A stretch of DNA of 64,000 bases from Octopus vulgaris. Lineage: Eukaryota. The DNA lies in contig OX597827.1 in assembly GCA_951406725.2 (NCBI GenBank), forward strand, positions 21,266,001 through 21,330,000, read 5' to 3'. The notes under the pieces are model-generated. The model searched no databases, was not told where the DNA came from, and saw nothing but the letters and a program-made list of their open reading frames with translations. A program made the position numbers and the translations under genes. Positions 62,205-64,000 of the stretch are shown here, piece by piece (within the stretch, counting starts at the first letter, position 1; each line of letters opens with the position of its first letter).

Positions 62205-64000
62205 ATAGATATATTACGCGGACGTAAGTACACTAGTGTTGACTGTTAAGCTGTGTTGGGTGGGTGGGTGGGGGTAAGAACTAAGTTGCGCACGCGCGCA
62301 CACACTCATATATCGTCCTTGTTTTAACATTCACTTTTTCCAGCTTGCATGGGTCAGACGGAATTCACCGAGGCAGATTTTCGAGAGCTGGATACCTTTT
62401 CTGTCACGAAGCATCACCTGTAATCAAGCGAGTTAATAGTTTTCCCGCTGGCTAGACATGGTTTTGCAGGATACTGGAAATGAACGACACCGCTTGTATG
62501 ACAGTAGCACTCATTTACAACCAAACCGCAATGTCAAGTCAAGGCAACACGAACACACACACATGTGTATTTATATGTGTGTATATATGGCAGTCTTCTT
62601 TCAGTTTTTGTCTACGAAATGTACTACAAAGGCGTTGGTCGTGTTAAAGGAGAAGACATTTATCCAAGGGGCTATACTAACTGAGCCCTAGACCATATGG
62701 TTGCAATTTGAATATATCTGTAGGGTTCAATAAAATGTATGCTCAAGGATTGTCAAGACACGAAATACTTACCCCCCAAAAAAAATTTGTTGTTATTCAA
62801 GATTATTTAGCTTACTTTCAGTTTGTCTACATCTTGACTCTGGTTCTACAAGTGTTTACCACTGAGCTGGCACACACAAATAAAGAAGTGCTTGTTCAAG
62901 TTTTTGATACTCAATAACAGTAATAACACAAACAGAGTTGATTTTAGGCACAAGATACCAATTAAATGCTGAGTGGAAGTTCATACAAATCATCCCAAAC
63001 TATTTTTCACCCAACTATTTGTCTTCATATTCTCACTCATGCATTCCAGTAAATATACATTATGGAATTGTCAAATGAAATTACCAGAAGTTTCTTTATA
63101 AATTCTCAGACATTATTTGCATTCGACAGATATTTGTCCTCATCTTCTTTGTTGTTAACTCAACATTTTGGCTGATATACCCTCCAGCCTTCATCAGGTG
63201 TCTTGGGGAAATTTTTCAATAATGTTGTTGTTGTTGTTATTATTATTATTCAGGTCACTGCCTGGACTCGAACTTGGAATAATTCCTCATCTCTCAAATA
63301 TAGAACTGTATTCTAACAGATCTTTTTTCTTTTTGAAAACAGCTTACTGACAAATATAGAAACAGATGAAAGAATAAGAAATGCACAGCAGAAAATCCTA
63401 CTTACTCTTCTTAAAAAGTTCCCATATATTTAACATGTAAGAAAAGAATTTCAAGATGCTACAGAGCCTATGACATAATCCTATGTAATTCAGCTTTGAT
63501 TGAAAATAATGCCTGACAATGATAACAGCCAAAGCATTTCAGACTTCTGTTAAATACACTTTCTTAGAGGCTGCTGATACATTTGTGTAACAATCTCCTG
63601 CGTGTGGCTGTGGAACAAACTTCTTAACAATAACAGTGAAGCTTGCACCCATTTATTTGTCAAACAATCATCATCATCATCATGATTTTCATTTAAGATA
63701 TGATTTTCTTGAGTGGCTGTGTGGTAAGTAGCTTGCTTACCAACCACATGGTTCTGGGTTCAGTACCACTGCATGGCACCTTGGGCAAGTATCTTCTACT
63801 ATAGCCTTGTGAGTGGATTTGGTAGACGGAAAGAAGCCCGTCGTATATATGTATATATATGTGTGTGTGTGTGTATGTTTGTGTGTCTGTGTTTGTCCCC
63901 CCAACATCGCTTGACAACTGATGCTGGTGTGATTACGTCCCCGTAACTTAGCGGTTCAGCAAAAGAGACCGATAGAATAAGTACTAGGCTTACAAAGAAT

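Overview
This is AT-rich eukaryotic DNA crowded with (AT)n microsatellites. The SINE, LINE and MITE content and the C2H2 gene style point to a coleoid cephalopod, most likely an octopus (inference). Four host genes can be supported, all on the minus strand. (1) A spliced gene that the ORF track misses as a unit, with coding exons 6245-6150, 3164-2999 and 156-43 and a probable non-coding first exon ending at 17463. It encodes an N-terminal RIG-I/MAVS-type CARD followed by the start of a death domain and runs off the left edge of the window. (2-4) Three single-coding-exon C2H2 zinc-finger genes (34355-35497, 43160-43687, 57549-58424), each with a predicted short CpG-rich upstream non-coding exon. 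The rest is mostly decayed transposable elements: CR1-like, RTE, L1/Tx1, R4/Dong-like and Penelope retroelements, mariner, a full-length Tigger/pogo, several tRNA-SINE families, and several MITE families. Two MITE families have GG-terminated TIRs, 8-9 bp TSDs and internal telomeric hexamers. Notable structures are a 255-bp inverted repeat just 3' of a ZNF gene, a fold-back MITE nested in its own family, hammerhead-ribozyme-like motifs, SINE tails that match LINE 3' ends in the same window, and a local ~400-470 bp duplication. Family assignments come from motif recognition by eye; no database search was run, and TE boundaries are approximate unless a TSD is given.
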